Positions 25,593 to 39,200 of a DNA stretch of 64,000 nucleotides are shown here, piece after piece. Within the stretch, counting starts at the first letter, position 1; every line of letters begins with the position of its first letter. The stretch is from contig CM074515.1 of NCBI GenBank assembly GCA_037379345.1, forward strand, positions 8,990,001 to 9,054,000, read 5' to 3'. The notes beneath the pieces were generated by a model. The model did no database searches and had not been told where the DNA came from. It worked only from the letters and a program-made list of their open reading frames with translations. The stretch is from Perna viridis (taxonomy: Eukaryota). Both the position numbers and the translations under genes were made by a program.

Positions 25593-26964
25593 CAATGTCG
25601 ACAGCAGCGGAATGGTCTGCATGGGTTCTAACCATCTAAATTACAGTGAGTTTACTGTGACAACCTTTTTAAACTGGTATAGCCCAAAGTAAATACGACG
25701 TTTTGCTAAATTAATTCATCTATTGAATTAGTAACAATGGTCATTTAAATAGACACCTTCGCTCAGGCAGTTCAACTGCTGTAAGAGGATTTTCTCTTCA
25801 CATAGACAAATTTATCTGTCTAATAGAAATTCCAGTAAGTGGCAACTGGAGTGTGACAGAAAAAAAAAAACAACTCTCAGTGTTCAAATAACAATAATCT
25901 AATTTTTAAATAGTTACAGTTACATCGAAGTTCAAATGTAATCATAGTTCTAGGGAAAAACAAATGACACACTCTGGACAATGTGACCATCCTTTTACAA
26001 ATTTTGTAATTTTTTTTCATGTAATAAAAGAAGTGCTTAGTGTTTTTATTTTATGTTAGCTAATGCACATTTCCCAAATCTGTTTTGCATTTCAGTAAAC
26101 TTTATGAGAATAATTTTAGTATGAACATGTCCACATACACAAGTAATAAGAATTATACAAAAATGATACAGCTTTAATTATTCATCAAAAAGTCAATGTT
26201 ATTCCAAAAGTTATGAGAATCTGAAGCTTTTTCATCTAAAGTTGACAACCAACAAGTCTAGGGTAAGGTAAAAATATCTTATTCTGTAGGTAAACATTCC
26301 TACCTTGTAGGAAGAATCCCCCTACTTTCAGCTGTTTAACTGCTTACATTAATGTTTCTATTTAAATGACCATAGAAAATAAGCTCCATATATAGTAATT
26401 AATTCAATAGAGAAGTTTACTTAGCAAAATGGTATGTGGTTCTTTTTCAGCTAAATAATAAGTTAATCGATTTTTACAATTTCCTCAAATTCAAAATAAA
26501 TTAAACTATTAACAATTGCCCACAATAATCTTATCAGTACTAGATACCGACCTTACTCAACAGATAAATTTGGAAGTTCTCTAACTTGCTTCCGCGTAAC
26601 TACAGACGAAGCGTACCGGTTAGTTTCATATCAACCGGTATTAGCCAACGCCCGGACAAAAAAACACCCTGCAGCAAAGGAACTTTTCAAATTGAAAAAT
26701 AACAACAACAAAAAGAAAATAAAACATCAACGGTAACGTATTTTCATTATTTGCACCCATTGACCCCTCTTCGTCGTCCGCTTCTAAACCAGAATCCTTT
26801 CCAGTAGTCAACAAAATAACGCCGTGGTTATATCAGACTTGTAACTTACTTCCGTTTCTAATTAAAGTCCACAACACTATCGTAAGAAACAAAGATTATC
26901 TTGCCAAAAGTAAGGAACACCATCTTGTTTGTTAGCTTCCTGATGTCAAGTCTTGTTTAACTAC

Positions 26965-27015
26965 CACGTGATTTTCAAGTATATATAAGCTGTATTGCAC
27001 TAAAAAACTTTCAGA
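26965..27015 (+). promoter_or_regulatory. Candidate core promoter of the GPCR (E-box CACGTG, TATATAA)
   Basis: CACGTG at 26965-26970 and TATATAA at 26982-26988, about 60 nt upstream of the ATG. The tttcag near 27014 could instead be a 5' UTR splice acceptor. Confidence 0.4.
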
Positions 27016-27047
27016 CGTTGTTAGATAGTCAATAGTTCGGAGCAGTC

Positions 27048-29211
27048 ATGGCAAATGAGAGCACATCGACTGGCGGGACCGTACAGTTCTTTGCTTCTGC
27101 TGAAAACATCACAATAACCGATCCAAATGGAAGTGATATAGATACATCGATGTATGCTGAAGTGGAGAAACATTTCTGGGTTATATTTTCGCCTATTTTT
27201 TTATTGATAGGATTAATCGGAAATTCTCTGAACGTCTACGTACTTTCCAAGCTCAAATTCTACAAGAATGCCACATATACTTTGCTGTTTATTTTAGCTT
27301 TTACAGATGCCACTGTGCTTATTGTCGGTCTGATACGTTATTGGGTGATGTACATGTCTGACGTCGACATTCGTGTTCTTTCAGGATTCAGCTGCAAGTT
27401 TAGTTTATTTCTTATTTACTTTTCAATGCAGCTGTCGTCATGGATACTGGTCCTCGTAACGGTGATTCGTTTTATGAAGACTTTTGTTCCTCTAAGAAGA
27501 AAAACCTTCAAAGATTTTACTGTTAAGAAGACGCTCTCCTATTTTGGATTTGTTACATTTGTCCTTGTGTGCATCAATATTCATTTCTTTTGGACCAATG
27601 GAATTACAGCAGATTACAAGTGTTCCTCTTTGACATTTGGGTATTATGAATTTGACGAGAAAGTCTTCGTTTACATAGACCTTCTATTTTTATCAGTATT
27701 CCCCGCTGTCATTATGATTGTCCTGAACTCTATGATCGCATTTGAACTTAAGAAACTGACTAGAACACGTAGACGAATGTCACATTCTGGACCAATCACA
27801 CAAGGGAAGAAACAAAAATCTACAAAGCGAGTAACATGGATGTTACTCGTTACCACTACATACTTTATCATTGCAACAATTCCAATTTGTATCTATTTCA
27901 TTGTGGACTCGTATGTTAGACCAACAGCATTGAAGTTACAAAAGAGCTACTTGGACCTTGCTTGGACATTTTGTTACTTGTTCCAGTTCTCACATTTTGC
28001 TTTGAACTTTTATTTGTATACAGCTACGAATGAGAAATTTAGGAAAGAGCTTACCAAACTAACACAAACTGTTTACCACAGGTTAGTTTACTTGTATTTT
28101 CCCCATTCGACAACGCAACATCATATACATGTACCACATACCATTGTATTACAAACGATATATAATATTTTTCACTACTTTGACCTGTTATTTCCATCAT
28201 TTCTTTGATGGGATAGGTTGCATTTAAATGAAGATGCTATGTATATCAAATCGGTTTGCTTGCGTACCACCTATTTCTTACCTTACTCAACGTACTAAAT
28301 TGTCAGACCAAAATATACCACTTCATGACCATGAGTTCATGTCTTCACTATTTTCTTTCGTAAAATATTATTAGCATTAATATTTCATAAAAGAATATTC
28401 ATGAGTTAAGAGTATTGTATACAATGCATGAAGATATATGGGCATTAAACTTGGATTGGCACTCGCAAATCGAGTCCACAAATATTTTGGTCTTTAATAG
28501 AAAATGTCTGAAAATAAGAACAAAAACGACGTTTGCGCACTGGAAAGGGGGTCACTCGTGGAATAGACTGTGTTGCAAGTTGAGTTAATAAGTCTGTTCA
28601 ATTCTAAAAGACTACTATATATACACTTTCTAATAGCATAGACCTGTAATTATAGGTCTCTGGTAATAGTTACTCACATTTTTGCATAAAAATGTCACAT
28701 TGGATCTGCGCTTGACGTTATTGGCCTTCGTCCTGAAATCGAAATTCGACGCGACATTTTTTTCGTTAAATTAAGCGCCTTTGACGGTATAAATAGTTTA
28801 ATTATTACATATTTACCCTTAGTGACAAAGTAAACAAGTGTTTTTTTTTGTTACTTTTTTAACAAGAAGACATATGCTAATAGACCATCATAGTTTACAT
28901 ACAACCGACTTGGTTGACAATTAGACTGGAGTGACATGTGCTAAGATTTAGGAACACACGCTCGGGGTTAAGTGCCAACTTCATTTTTCGTTTGATGTCA
29001 CGTTAACCTATTAAGTAAAATGTCAATAACTACTCAAGTTCAATTAATTTGAAGACAGTCTGAGAAGACTACTTGGTACAATACGCCAAACAGAGTAATC
29101 ATTTCTTTTGTGCATTTCAGAATTTCAACAAGCAGTCAAATGACAGTAAAAGCACCATCCCGTGAATATTCAAGCGATTCGAAGAAGTTCTCTGCCACGA
29201 ATTCCACCTAA
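27048..29211 (+). CDS. Rhodopsin-family (class A) peptide-type GPCR, FMRFamide/TRH-receptor-like orphan. Exons 27048-28081 and 29121-29211, 374 aa
   Basis: Seven hydrophobic segments, TM1 GLIGN, TM2 LAFTD, conserved Cys in TM3 and ECL2, TM7 NFYLY, helix 8 KFRKEL, and N-glycosylation sequons NES/NIT/NGS. Donor CAG|GTTAGT at 28081 and acceptor tttcag at 29120 join in frame to a Ser/Thr-rich tail ending in TAA. The ORF-track tail after residue 345 is probably intron read-through. Confidence 0.9.
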
Positions 29212-30477
29212 CAGACTCGAGCATCCGTCTCGACTACTTCTATAATCCGTCCGTTCGTACACAAAGACTATTTTAAAATTGGCTTAGCTTATTTATATGT
29301 GCTGTAAATAGCTTTTGTTTTTAATTCTAGATCAGATAAAAATGTATTGACCACACTTGGCTTTCTGTTATAATAGGTTCTTGTACAATTGACGGTTGTA
29401 GACCTATGTACTCGATTCAAACAATTCTGACAATATACAGTAGGACTCGCTACGAAGGAGTCCTTTGTTAACATGGTTTTTGTTTCTTTGCTTCGACGTT
29501 ACGATGCTTTGTCGTAATGAAACTAATGGTAGCTAACAAAAAAATAACTAAAAATTTATATCTTAGTGTTTACACAAAAAAAAGGATAAGAATGCGTGCT
29601 CGAATGTTGGATTTGTCCAAAGATAATGCTTGCACGTCCGAATTTAGGATTTGTCAAATTCAATGTTAATAACATGTGTATAGAGAAATTAGCAGAATAG
29701 AAAATTGAATGTAAACATTCGTTTGTCATGTCAAATCAGGCTACAATGAATTTATCAAAAGTGAATGAAAGGGGGTGTGCATAGTAATACACCAAAAACA
29801 CTGAAAAGGGCACGTATTTCAAAATATAAAACTGTACTAAGGTTTGGGCGGTAAAATTGTATACTTTGTAAATACTTCGTCATCGTAAAGTATTTTTTCC
29901 TTATGGCGGAAATTAGAGTCGGTAAGAGAGGAAACTTGACAAAGATTGTCACGAGGATATACCATGATTTCCTACATATATAGAGGTCATTATACAGATA
30001 GAGTGTGTAAACATACAAGGACACGTAAGCTTCTAAAATTGCATTATCGGTAAATGATAAAATATACAACAAAGTTCGAATCATTTCATTTTTAAGCGGG
30101 TTCGTCGATTGAGGAAATAATATGAAGTGCTCTACTTGCTCTGGTAATAAATTACAAACAAACAGTAGAAAAAACTCGATAGAACTAATCATTTCACAAG
30201 ACAGCATAACAATATAACAGCAATAAGAGTTGTTATTATGGAAAATAGATTTAAAAAAACGCGATGCCAGTATCCTAGAACATAATTATACTCCACAAAA
30301 GATTTATTTGAATTCATAGGAGAAAGTATCAAATTTAAGACACATAATCATTACAGGACTCAAATCTGATACTTCTAGTTAGCCTATAAATTCAAATAAT
30401 ACTAGATTATTTCGAAAATAAATAAATAAATAAATAAAAGTGGTCCTTAATTTTTTGCTTATTTGTGGAGTACAGAA

Positions 30478-30629
30478 CAGGACCGGATCCAGTTACATTG
30501 AAAAGGAGGGATGCCAGCCGAGGTGTTCAGGGGTGTTATGACATTATTTGCCATTTTTGCACATGAAAATGGTAAATTTCCCAATAAAAGGGGGTGCCAA
30601 CACCCTGCATCCCTCTGGATCCGCCATTG
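30478..30629. mobile_element. Short MITE with CGGATCCAG-type TIRs
   Basis: CAGGACCGGATCCAG ... CTGGATCCGCCATTG; a GC-rich island in AT-rich DNA. Confidence 0.55.
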
Positions 30630-31808
30630 CAGAATAGGATAGAATATATTTTGTTCCAATCAAAGGGTCCTTTACAGAGCGTATATGACATTTACATACA
30701 ATTATATAGTTATCAGACAGTTACAAACTAAGCATAACAGGGGAAAAGTATCTATTTACTGACATATAGCACTGAGTAACCTTCAATACAGAGATATATA
30801 ATAAAAAATAGCTGAAAATTCATAGTTTTTACATCTATAGGTAATTGTCTTTGGTAGTCTTCTAGTCTCTAGAATACTTGACAAAAACTTTCCGAAGCAT
30901 TTGAGAAGTTCAAAAATGTTTCCTTCTTAAAAAAGCCACTCAAATCGCTTTAGAAATCGCAACACATATTAATTTCTCGCCGAAGCAGAATGTAACAGAC
31001 CAAGAGATGTGACCAAGATCATATTGAAATTGAGTATGAGACCTCTGCGGTACTGTATACCATTTGGTTGTAGAGATAGTATTATTTTGAATCAGCACAT
31101 AACTTATCCATAGTGTAAATTATACATATAGTGGGTCTGAAAGGTAAAACACGACTTTTTAAAAATAATACTGAGACACAAGTTGGCTGCCCTTCAACTC
31201 ACTCTTGTCAATAATAATTTTATTAACCGTGTCAATAAACAAATTAGTCCGTTTTAAGTGGACAGATGTCATAACATTACAAAATCGTTATTTATAGAAA
31301 ATTTTAAATCCAAGGGCATACAAGTTCACGACCATTTAAAAAAAACCCCAAGGATTTTTTATATTATTCTAAAAAATCATATCGAACATATATCATAAGA
31401 CATTAAAGCAAGATGATTTGCTAGCTTGAAGTTGTGTGTCTTTGTGAGGTGATATGTCTCCCTGCGGTCTATTGCTTCTGTGATTTACTTTAGTAAAACA
31501 AGATTGGGTGCACGTAGTGCGGCCCCTAATACCTGTTAACTTTTAGTCAAGTTGTTGTCTTGGTATTATGAAAATCCTTGTTTCTGACCCTTTACGACTT
31601 CTAATTCCTAAGTGGTTTAAGTCAATATCGCAAAAATCATTTACAGTCTTGCTTTTGTGGTACTTTGTGGCACATTCTGACAGAGATCCATTTACTTTTA
31701 GTGAAATTATTATCCTAACATCATAGAAATGTTTTTTCTTCTGACCCTTAACTCCTTTGGTGTTATGGCACCATGTAGTATAATTTTATAAAGATCCATC
31801 CACTTATA

Positions 31809-32275
31809 GGCTAAAAACCACTAATTCCACTTTCCATAGGCTTCTATGCTAATTTCACAATATTCAATGGCTTCTCTGGACTTTACCTTAACTTTAACCT
31901 GCAGAGGACTATATATCAGCATGACTCTACATATGTCAGCTCACAATCCTCAGAATGGCATGTGGGGTTAGCAGACTTGCAGTGCAATACTGGTCACCGG
32001 AAGTGAAGGGTCTATAAATAGCATGGGAAATCCCAGTGTTTTCACAAGATAGGGGTATATTTAAAAATCATTATGGAGATTAGGCTTCACATCACAAGAA
32101 GCAAAATGCACCTATAAAATGTACAGAAATGTTTTTCCTTTCAGAAACTGTTTAAATTTTTTAAATAAGATGAGAACTTTTTTCACAGCACTATGAGGAA
32201 CAGGGGTAATTTCTGCGTAGGACTATTTTTGCGTACGTTCCAAATGCTCATTGGTTGAATTGGTGGTCTGTAACC
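31809..32275 (-). mobile_element. 467-bp MITE, solo copy, 4-bp TSD TATA
   Basis: Imperfect TIRs GGCTAAAAACCACTAATTCCAC / GGTTACAGACCACCAATTCAAC. Near-identical reverse complement of 51278-51744. Confidence 0.9.
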
Positions 32276-33052
32276 TATAGTCAAGTTATTGTCCAGAAAC
32301 CATGAAAATGCTTGTTTCCGGTCCCTAAATCCTAAACGGTTCAAGTCACAATAAAAAAATAATCCGTGTACAATTTTATCAATAAAGATCCATACCATTG
32401 TGGTAGATCGTACTTATTACGCTAAGCATTTTGTCTGTCATCTTACAAAATCATACAGACATTATATTTTCAATGAACTAATAATGCTTAAAATGATGCC
32501 AAGACAGTATGCTTGAATTATTTTCAAAAAAATTTATACATAAAAAAATCTATAGTAAAATTACAAACAATAATTGTATAAAGCCTCTTTTGAGGGGAGG
32601 GGAGATAATTGGCGGGAAAATGTTATATAGAAATGTAATGAGAATTTTAGGGTTTTTTCCCCCAGTTCAGTGACCCCCGATTTTCTTCGTGAAGTATGAC
32701 GGAATGTCAGTTAGGTGTTCTTAGTATGAATTTAGAAGAAATTCTGTCACCAGTATTTTTATAGTTTGCAAAATAGTGAAAGTCCCCACAGAATCCATAT
32801 AGAAATAGCCATTATTAAGGTTCAATTATCTTGAAATCAAATTCAGTGACCTTTGTTTTTTTTACATTAAAATTCTGAAGTATGTTCATTCAACGCAATC
32901 TTCAAGAAAGAATCTAGGAAAATTTATCTACTAGAAATATTAGGTATACTCTATCTCATACTGAAATTTTTGTCTGAAAATCAAATTGTCTTTGGACGCC
33001 ATACGATGACACAAACAACAGCATGACACCATTATATGACCGTGAAGTTTGA

Positions 33053-33456
33053 ACAGCCAGAGAAATAACATACACCGTACTAGCAAACCAACAGCCAGAG
33101 AAAGAACAGACACCATACTGACAAACAGATACAGTCAGAGAAATAACAGACACCATACTGGCAAACAGACACAAACACCCAGAGAAATAACAGGCACCTT
33201 ACAGCCAAAGAAATAGCAGACAACATGCTGACAAACAGGCAGCCAGAGAAATAATAGACCCCATACTGACTAACAGACACAGTCAGAGAAAAACAGACAC
33301 CATGCTGGCAAACAAACATCCAAAAAAATAACAGACATCTGGTAAAACGGGCACAAACAGACAGAGAAGTAACACACATCTTAAGGGAATAACGGACACA
33401 AACAGTCAAAGAAATATCAGACATCTTACAGGTAAACAGAAACAAACAACCAGAGA
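33053..33456. repeat. Degenerate ~40-bp minisatellite
   Basis: ACAGCCAGAGAAATAACAGACACCATACTGACAAACAGAC-like units; these explain the spurious ORFs at 32956-33445. Confidence 0.85.
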
Positions 33457-33552
33457 ATTTTTATCAAGTAAAAACAGTGTTGCTCATACTCACATCAATA
33501 TTTTATTGCACAGACTTCTGATGCACCACCTAAATAACCTAAGTTATGTATC

Positions 33553-34390
33553 AAAACTAGACATTGCTCTAACGGGACTTATACCCCCGCAGCCTGTTGG
33601 ACCTTGTACATTTGGGAACCAATGTGGACTTACGATTCATATTGGGCATAATTTTTATGGTCGATAGACTTTGCACTTTAGACACACAATTTGCTGCCAT
33701 TCCTAAAACACCCAAATCCAACCAGCAATCAGTATTATTTTTGTTGAAAACATAATAAAATATGTACATCTCCATATGATAATCTAACACTCCACTGAGT
33801 TCCATTACAATCCTGCAGGTCTTTCAGTAGGAGTTGTAGACAATGCATCAGACCAAACTTTGCTAAATAAAAATGTAAGTTCCAACAGTTGTCATTTCTA
33901 CAATTTTGGTCCAAACATAAATTCCTGACAATATGCACATTTCCATATAGTAATCAAACACCTCATCAAGTTGTTTCATAATAATCCTGCAAGTCCTTTT
34001 GGAAGAGTTGCGGACACACTGGAGACAAGTTTTATTGAAAAACGCTCGAGTCAAAAAACCGTCATTTCTACAAATTTGGTCCAAACATAAATTCCTGACA
34101 ATATGCACATTCACCTATGTTTCATAACAATCCTGCAAGTCGTTGAGGAGTTGCAGACAACACATCAGACCAAGCTTTGCTAAAGTCAACAGCCATCATT
34201 TTTACAATTTTTGTTCAATCATAAATTCCTGATAGTATAAAAATCTCCGTGTGATTATATTACATCCCACAAAGTTTCATTTTAACATGCTACAAGCTGT
34301 TAGAAGATAGTTTGGAAAGACAGACAAGCGGACAGATGGACAAGGTGAAATCTATATACCCCTCAAACTTTGTTCGCAGGGAATATAATT
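33553..34390 (+). mobile_element. HINE/pearl-like element with internal tandem units, GACA microsatellite and 3' hairpin
   Basis: AACTAGA head, TATACCCC subterminal motif at both ends, and repeated ATAAATTCCTGACAATATGCAC / ATCCTGCAAGTC units. Confidence 0.7.
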
Positions 34391-34689
34391 ACACTTGAAG
34401 ATTACAGTAAGTGAGTAGCATACTAGCACCAGTGTGAGTCATGACAAGTAGACAACTGTACAACATTAGATGAATTTGTAGCAAGAGTATTTTGGGGCAA
34501 AAAAGGTTATTCATACACGAGTGGTTCAGTCATGATGGTGATTTTTTTGGTTGACATATGAATTTTTAAGTTTCTCACCACTTCACAAATCTGAATATAT
34601 AGCTTTAACTCACAAAAAATGTCAATATGCAGAACTAGAAATATCAGTTTTATACCAGATGTAAGCTCTAACTTTTGAAGTGTTTTATT

Positions 34690-34861
34690 AAAGCGTAATA
34701 AAGGGAACCAAGATTTAGACAGAAAGGATAAAGACTAGACAGCGAAAACAGACACATGCAATGAAGAACACAACCAAAATAACCTGTACAAAAAAGTAAA
34801 ATAATAAGTAAATGAGCAATTAGAAACTCACTGAGAGCATGGACCATGTGCACTGGTAGGT
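34690..34861 (-). mobile_element. Diverged Penelope-like 3' fragment
   Basis: AAGGGAACCAAG...AATGAGCAA...GCATGGACCATGTGCACTGGTAGG matches the reverse-complemented 3' UTR. Confidence 0.65.
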
Positions 34862-36259
34862 AATAAACAATGGCTGAAACTTCCTATTCTCTTATATCTT
34901 GATGAAGTTTTTGAACATACAAGTTATTTCTCCGAATCTACCTGACTTTGAAGTGGTAGTTAGAAAGGGCATATTTGCTGTAAGTACCATTTTCACAAAG
35001 TTTGTAGGACCAAATGGTTCAACCTAGGTACACATATTTAATCTAACTGTTACCCATAGTGAGAAAACCCATTTGGGCCACTGTTTTTATCCTTTTTTAA
35101 CTCCAAATGAATTAATCTGGTTTTTTATCTTAACATCATTTGTTGTGGTCAATTCTGATAGTTTTGAATGATTTGTATCTTCAAAACATTGTGTCATTAC
35201 ACTACACACCACTATTCTATAAGAAATTGCTTTATTCTCAAAAAGCCTTAAACTAATAACAATTTGTCTATAATGAATTATGATTAACTCTCCATTTATT
35301 TATCTCCAACAAAATCTTTGTATGTCAAAGGACAGCACAATTATATGTATGGGTCACAAATTAAATGTGTCACAAAATTAGGAAAATTAACAATAATAAT
35401 GGCAAACATTTATCTGGCAAAATATCAATTTGGTTAAAATTAAATTGTAGTTACAGATTTAATCATTACTAAAGAATATTTTCCCATCCTGAAAAAAATC
35501 TTGATCACATTTTAAGTTTGGTATAATCAAATTGTCATAATCACATACTGTACATTTCTGAGTGAAAAAGGTTTCATGTATTTTCTGAAACAAAATTCAC
35601 TTATTTAGGTGAAGAAATTTTAAACAACTAAAAGCACTACAAAAACCACTAGTTACCATTTAAAATAAGTTACTTTTTTATCTTTTTAGTGGAAAAAAGT
35701 TTCATTATGGAGTCTGGTAAATATTTCAAGGCCAAGTACAGGCTTTAAAGGTGTTCTCAAACACTAACCTTGAACACATACTTATCTAATTAGTCAGTAC
35801 AAATATTTTTTAACGTGTGTTTTAAAATAGTTTACAGGAAAAAATTAAAATTTCTGACACCATTTACTTGAGCACTTTCTACATACTTCACAAACAATAA
35901 ATAAAAAGGATATCTATTATAAACTATTATCTAAGACAGAATGATAACAATGTCAAAATATAGTTATAAATAATTAAAATTAGTGCAGCAGTATGCTGAT
36001 GTAATCTGTACACTTTCACAGCATGAAACAACTCCACTCCTTCAATTAATTAATTCAATGACTTAAAAGCTAGGTTCACAAGACATTTCCTTTAACACGA
36101 ACCATTTATGACTTTGAAATGAAGAACCTTCAAAGCAGGGTTAACTATGTAACCACTTGATACACGTGCAGTCATACCTCCTTCCTTAAAGTTAGTAATT
36201 TTCTTAATCAAACACCACCATCTGTTTTGAGAAAATTTTCAATGTCTACCATGTAAAAA

Positions 36260-39200
36260 TCAAGGCAGATCACTAGATACTTTTAGAGAAGACAGACTAA
36301 AATCTGGCAACAGTTCCGTCACTTTCTGTCTCATTTCCGCTCGTCTCTTCTCTCGTTCTTTTTGTCTTCTTTCCTCTTCAGGGAAATTCCTTATTGCATC
36401 AAAACCCTTCTTCTTTAATGACCTACAAAAACAAGAAGATTGCTACATGTAGCCATAGATGAGTTTTGAAGTTGAATATGTCACAACATTTCTAAAATAT
36501 TTGTTTCATCAAAATGGTGGTGTAATGAGCACATCAACACTTCATTACAATACATTCTATAAAATATAGATAGAAATCATTAGCAGTTACCGTCCGTGCG
36601 AGACCCGACAGGGTAATCAAGGACGTTAAAAACCCCCTTAGTTAGTTATTAGCAGTTACATAGGAAATGCATACCTAAGATTCAATGTCATGATCGTGTG
36701 CAGGATTGGACAATTCAAGGTGGCTACCGGGAAAAACACAAAATGGTAAGGCCTTTTAAATCTTGGGTTTACTGGTTTATATGGTTATGAATATGAATTT
36801 TAAACACTGTCTAATTAGGGAGGCATCATTAATATTATGGGTAGTTGGAATTTGTATTCAAATACAGATACAACTTGAAAATCGTTGATCGAAGTTGACT
36901 TTGTTTTCAAAATAGAAATCGAAGCGAGTAGTGATATTTCTGGTCATGAATAAATGCATTTCTTGAGCAATTATCATAAAATGGACATTGCACAAACCTT
37001 GTTGATGTGCTCATTACAGAAACAATGTTGAGGGACAAAGACGAGTGGTCAGAACCAAATATGCCCCAAGTATATGTGTACTATACAGGGCTGGTCTGGC
37101 ATTTTTTAATACATTTTTAACCAGTCCATCCAAAACCAACTTAATTATCATAATATTTTTGTTCAAGTTCTATGTATGTAGCATAGCCAAAGTGAAGAAA
37201 TCAGGCAGCGACTAAGGTTTAAAAAAATATTCTGCATTGAGAAAATATTTGAACAGAGAAAATAGGTAAGGTTGCCTGACCAGAAATGCAAAATACAATG
37301 TATATAGGACATCAAATTTTCAAGTATCTATAGTAAAATATACTTGAATTTCTATGTTTAAGTTCAACAATACATCTCCTTTGTAATTTATTTACACAAT
37401 TTATTTGCACTATTTCTTTTCCTACAGGAAATGTCATGATGCAATACACTAAATTCATGCATTTACTTTTAAAATTTCCCACTTATATAAATAGCAACAC
37501 ATCTGTTGAAGCAGGCTTTCAATGTCTCAAGGTGTTAAATGGGGATGCGTGTACTTAGTCATTTTTGTTTCACAAACAAGTTGTTATGATTATGATATTA
37601 AGTGATCATTGTTAGGACAGGATCTTAAAACAATGCGATAATTATCATTACAGGAACTGAACCTTATAATCTGATACAAGTACTTATAACAAGTAGGACA
37701 GGAACTTCATTCCCCCCCATCAAATTCACAGAAATCATCATGTACACCTTTTTTTGTCATTGCACAAGGTCCTGCAGTTTAGAAAACAAAATCAAGATGT
37801 TTGTTGCCCTCTCAGTTGGCCTATACCCTGGCAGTGTTAAACAATTCAAAAAAATAGATTTAAATATCTAGTGTTTTGTCATAAAGCTGAAAGTTAATAA
37901 CTTACACGTCATATATGTATACTTGTATGTATTGAATGAAGCAAGGAGAGGGCAGTTTGTTCGTGCTAAACACAGTACACATACTGAAAACATGCAACAT
38001 TTATGAGGTAACTAATTTCTAATGGATTCTGTCAAATTCCAATATTCGTGGGTATTATTTTTGGGGGTTTTGACAATATGATAGATGATTCAATGCTTGT
38101 AAAATTATCTGTATACTTGTGTTGCTTGTGTGAATAAAAGTATGATTTGCAAAGTACCGGTATTTAGTAATTTTTGTGCTCCTACAGATCTCAGTGTTTT
38201 CATTTTGCCCTCAACAGCTAATTTCTATACTTTATCTATGTCTATATGCAGTGAAAATTGTAGTTTTTCCATTGAGTGTATATAAATCTAATCAGGCAGA
38301 TTGTAAATACTAACAATCCTATAGAAATAAGTAATTTCCCAACTACAATTGTATATCTATTGGTAATTGAAATGGCTACAGCCATTTGGGAAATTTGAGT
38401 TTCTTCATTGTTTAATTGTTTATGAAATGATTTTTACACATTCTTTTCACTCAGAAAATGTTACAGATGGGTCACTTTGAAAAATAATAGGACATTCAAA
38501 AATAATTTAAAAAAAAATCATTTCACAGACAATGAAACAACTCATCCTTTTAAAAACCATGAAAATCACTGAACAAATATAATATTGTCAAAATCCATGC
38601 AAATAAGGGACCAAAAAATGTTTGCTAATATGTAAACAATAATCAGTTTGTCCTCTTTAGTGCACCCAGAACATGTTGTTGTGTTGGCAAATTATCTACA
38701 GCTGTGAACCCCATGTTTAAGTACTATACTGATTCATGGAAAATGAAAATCGTTACTCAGCAAGATACATATTGAAGACAACTAACCTGGAATACAGATT
38801 CTATTGCAAGATTTAATTTCAGTGGTCAAGTGGTTGTACATTTGTTGCAATAAAATTCATATCAAGTATAAAATGGGTGATGAACATTTCAGCCTTTTAC
38901 AGAAAGGTGTGAGTAAACATTTCAGTGGAAAACTTGGTTTGTGGGGGTATAAAAATATCACTGGGTAGCTCCATAAAATAAGAAAATTTAACATTAAAAT
39001 TTTCTAAATTTGATTAAAAGTCATAGTGGACATTTGTCACCAAAACACTATTGTTCTTGTCTAAACATTCATATAATCCAAATCATATATTATTTCAGTG
39101 CACAATTTTAATGTATATGTTAAAGTGCACATTATTAAGATAACAGTATTAAAAAAAAACATTAAAAAATTAAGGTTAATTTCTGTATTAGTGAAAATCT

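Noticed and set aside
28082-28208. GPCR C-terminus as given in the ORF track
   Set aside because: A good donor at 28082 and an in-frame downstream exon give a more typical tail.
29755-30207. 150-aa ORF and other short AT-rich ORFs
   Set aside because: No recognisable motifs, low-complexity composition, or antisense shadows of real exons and TEs.
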